NCBI GenBank assembly: GCA_042216675.1
Contig: JBDGTS010000026.1
Location: 1 to 20,770 of the forward strand
DNA from: Halobacteriaceae archaeon
GTDB lineage: Archaea; Halobacteriota; Halobacteria; Halobacteriales; Halobacteriaceae
Length of the DNA stretch: 20,770 bases
Direction of reading: 5' to 3'
Under the pieces are notes generated by a model. It had not been told where the DNA came from, did no database searches, and saw nothing but the letters and a program-made list of their open reading frames with translations. Shown piece by piece: positions 18,756 to 20,770 of the stretch. How positions within the stretch are numbered: the first letter of the stretch is position 1; the number at the start of each line of letters is the position of its first letter. Made by a program: the position numbers and the translations under genes.

Positions 18756-20089
18756 CGAACAAAGTCGAACAGCTCATCATCGCCACGCTCGGGTTCTTCT
18801 GGGCCTTCCTGATGTGGTTCTCGACGGCCGCGTTCAGCCCCAGCATCGGGTCGTACTACGGTCTCACGACGGGCCAGCTCGCCCTCCTCGCCAGTTCAGC
18901 CATCTGGCTGGCACCGCCGGGCCGGGTGCTGGCCGGCTGGGCCGCCGACAGAGTCGGCGCGCACAACGTGTTCACCGTCATCCTCGCCTACTCCGGCGTC
19001 GTCAGCATCGCGTCGTCGTTCGCGCAGAGCTACGACGTGCTGTTCGTGGAACGCCTCATCGTGGCGTCCGCGGGCATCAGCTTCGTCGTCGGCATCCAGC
19101 ACGTCGCACAGTGGTTCGACGAGGCCGAGATGGGGACCGCCGAGGGCCTGTACGCCGGCACGGGCAACGTCGGTGCGGGCGTCGGCGCACTCCTCCTCCC
19201 CCGCATGTACGGCGTGAACTTCTCGGACGCGTTCCTCCACCTCGGTGTTGGGGCGCTTCTCATCGCCGCGCTGTATCAGTGGCGCGGCGAGCCAGCACGC
19301 GACGCCGAAACGGCGGAAATCGCACGGCAGAACACCTCGCTGGGCGACACGCTGTACGTCTGGACGCGCTACGCCGCCATCGCGTTGATGTTCGGCCACG
19401 CGATGTCCTTCGGGCTTGAGATCGCGATGAACTCGTGGCTCCCGAGCTACTATTCACAGGGCTTCGAGGGCGCCATTTCGGACCTCGGCTTCACCGAGAC
19501 GGCGGCGATTCAGACTGCGGCGGGCACGTTCGCGGCCGTCCAGTCGTTCAACGCCTCGCTGTTTCGGCCATTCTCGGGCTACATGTCCGACCTCTGGCAA
19601 CGCAAGGGGTGGACGCCGTACCCGGTGCTCTCGAAGCGCCAGTCCTACTCACCCCGCGTCCACTGGCTGATGACGGCGCTCATCCTCATCACCGTGATGA
19701 TGGTCCTTCTGACCGTCGCGGGCCTCGCCGGCATTCTGCCCGCGTCCGTCGTCGTCCTCGCCATCTTCGGCGTCACCGTCAGTTTCGGCACCGGCGGCGT
19801 CTTCGCCATCGTGCCGATTCTGTTCGAGGACCGACCGGGCACTGCGTCCGGATTCATCGGCGGCATCTCCACCAGCGGCGGCATCGTCTACCCGCTGGTC
19901 TACGGCTACGTGCCGAACATCCACGTGGGCTACGCCGCCGTCGCCATCGTGTTCTTCGTCCCGTTCATCCTCTTTTTCGTCTGGACGATGCGCCACGACG
20001 ACGACCCCCGCGAACACGGTATCGGCTCCGCACAGCGGTGGCTCGGCACCCGGCCGGAGGCCGTCACCGACGGGGGTGACGACGAATGA
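18752..20089 (+). CDS. narK: Nitrate/nitrite porter (NarK/NNP family MFS)
   Basis: Nitrate signature EGLYAGTGNVGAG, conserved Arg in APPGRVLAG and LFRPFSGYMSD, and GTGGVFAIVP. SD-like GGGGGTG precedes the GTG start. Confidence 0.85.
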   Translation: MTNKVEQLIIATLGFFWAFLMWFSTAAFSPSIGSYYGLTTGQLALLASSAIWLAPPGRVLAGWAADRVGAHNVFTVILAYSGVVSIASSFAQSYDVLFVERLIVASAGISFVVGIQHVAQWFDEAEMGTAEGLYAGTGNVGAGVGALLLPRMYGVNFSDAFLHLGVGALLIAALYQWRGEPARDAETAEIARQNTSLGDTLYVWTRYAAIALMFGHAMSFGLEIAMNSWLPSYYSQGFEGAISDLGFTETAAIQTAAGTFAAVQSFNASLFRPFSGYMSDLWQRKGWTPYPVLSKRQSYSPRVHWLMTALILITVMMVLLTVAGLAGILPASVVVLAIFGVTVSFGTGGVFAIVPILFEDRPGTASGFIGGISTSGGIVYPLVYGYVPNIHVGYAAVAIVFFVPFILFFVWTMRHDDDPREHGIGSAQRWLGTRPEAVTDGGDDE

Positions 20090-20214
20090 GCGACTACGAC
20101 GACTGGTATCGCTGGGGACGGATGGTCCTCTACGCGGAGATGGGCATCGCCGTCGCCGTGACCGTCTTCTCGCTGTACCTCGCGTTCAGCGGGCAGACGG
20201 GCTTTCTGGCCTGA
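20086..20214 (+). CDS. 42-aa single-pass membrane protein coupled to narK
   Basis: MSDYDDWYRWGRMVLYAEMGIAVAVTVFSLYLAFSGQTGFLA*. ATGA overlap with the narK stop, SD GGGGGTGA at 20072-20079, and high-GC3 codons. Confidence 0.8.
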   Translation: MSDYDDWYRWGRMVLYAEMGIAVAVTVFSLYLAFSGQTGFLA

Positions 20215-20281
20215 CCCGTCGGTCGTGGCAGGCCCGGCCGCTTTGACAAGGGTTTTTCCGTCCCGTGCGTAGGTTGACGTG

Positions 20282-20512
20282 ATGAGCGAGTCGAGCGACC
20301 TCTCCTGTACGGCGAAACTCGTGCGGGTGGTCCTCGCGAACTGCGGGCCGCTCTCGCCCAGCGAGGTCGCAGAGGAGGCGTGTATCGACCGCGGCGCCGC
20401 CAGCCAAGCGCTCGCCGAACTGGAGGACCGCGGCCGCGTCGCCTCAGTCTGTGGCGTCTGCTCGACGAAGGAGACGGTGTACGAACTGCAGGAGGCGACG
20501 GCGGAGCCGTAG
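20282..20512 (+). CDS. Small winged-helix (MarR/TrmB-like) DNA-binding protein, Cys-rich
   Basis: LSCTAKLVRVVL..GPLSPSEVAEE...ALAELEDRG.V...VYEL pattern of small haloarchaeal wHTH proteins. TTTTT at 20253-20257 lies about 27 nt upstream. Confidence 0.8.
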   Translation: MSESSDLSCTAKLVRVVLANCGPLSPSEVAEEACIDRGAASQALAELEDRGRVASVCGVCSTKETVYELQEATAEP

Positions 20513-20520
20513 GCGGAGGA

Positions 20521-20526
20521 CTTAAT
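20521..20526 (+). promoter_or_regulatory. TATA box for the H/ACA RNA
   Basis: CTTAAT about 26 nt upstream of the first hairpin at 20550. Confidence 0.6.
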
Positions 20527-20549
20527 CCTCACTCGCACCTATCTCCGGT

Positions 20550-20770
20550 GCGTGCCTCACGTCTCCGCCCGAGACCCCCTTTCGGGGCGCGATGACGCGC
20601 GGCCAACCCGGGCACGCGACATCTGCGGACTGGAGGCTCAGCCTCCCGCCGAGTCGGCGTCAGCCGACTGGGCATCTGGTGGCGCGGTGCGCCACCCGCC
20701 CGGCACGAGGGTTTCCCGGCCGACGCGGCACGCCGCCTCGGGATGAGGCCGGTCGTTAGTGTTCCGGGCG
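20550..20770 (+). ncRNA. Two-hairpin box H/ACA pseudouridylation guide RNA for 23S rRNA (likely sR-h45 homolog); final ACA just outside window
   Basis: Hairpin 1: GCGTGCC/GGCACGC stem, pocket, GA..GATGA K-turn, ACA at 20619-20621. Hairpin 2: CGCCCGG/CCGGGCG and CAC/GTG stems, pocket GAGGGTTTC/TCGTTA, CCGGCC/GGCCGG stem, GA..GGATGA K-turn. Both pockets are complementary to conserved 23S segments. Confidence 0.85.

Noticed and set aside
20552-20746. 64-aa ORF at the window end
   Set aside because: It overlaps the structured H/ACA RNA, and the composition is not protein-like.
1-20770. CRISPR arrays, tRNA/rRNA genes, transposases or integrases
   Set aside because: No spaced direct repeats, cloverleafs or mobile-element ORFs were seen.

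Overview
High-GC haloarchaeal (class Halobacteria) chromosomal segment. The proteins are acidic and most genes look leaderless, with a TATA-like box about 27 nt upstream of the start. The core block holds sucC (5' part), a GDPD phosphodiesterase, a quinone reductase, an ABC exporter, an NSS transporter, pccB-pccX-pccA-birA, a USP, a small membrane protein, rps17e and asd. Within it is a divergent cofactor-related cluster: amidohydrolase <- HD hydrolase | cofD -> Dus-like TIM barrel -> CitG-like -> DUF447. After asd, an AT-richer regulatory region leads into an orphan NarK-family transporter. The transporter is flanked by two overlapping small ORFs missing from the ORF track and is followed by a Cys-rich winged-helix protein. 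The window ends in a two-hairpin box H/ACA guide RNA whose pockets match 23S rRNA. The best candidates for new biology are the cofD-linked cluster (possible missing flavin/deazaflavin/pterin steps) and the NarK + micropeptide + Cys-wHTH module. Family assignments come from motifs read by eye and from recalled literature; no searches were run.
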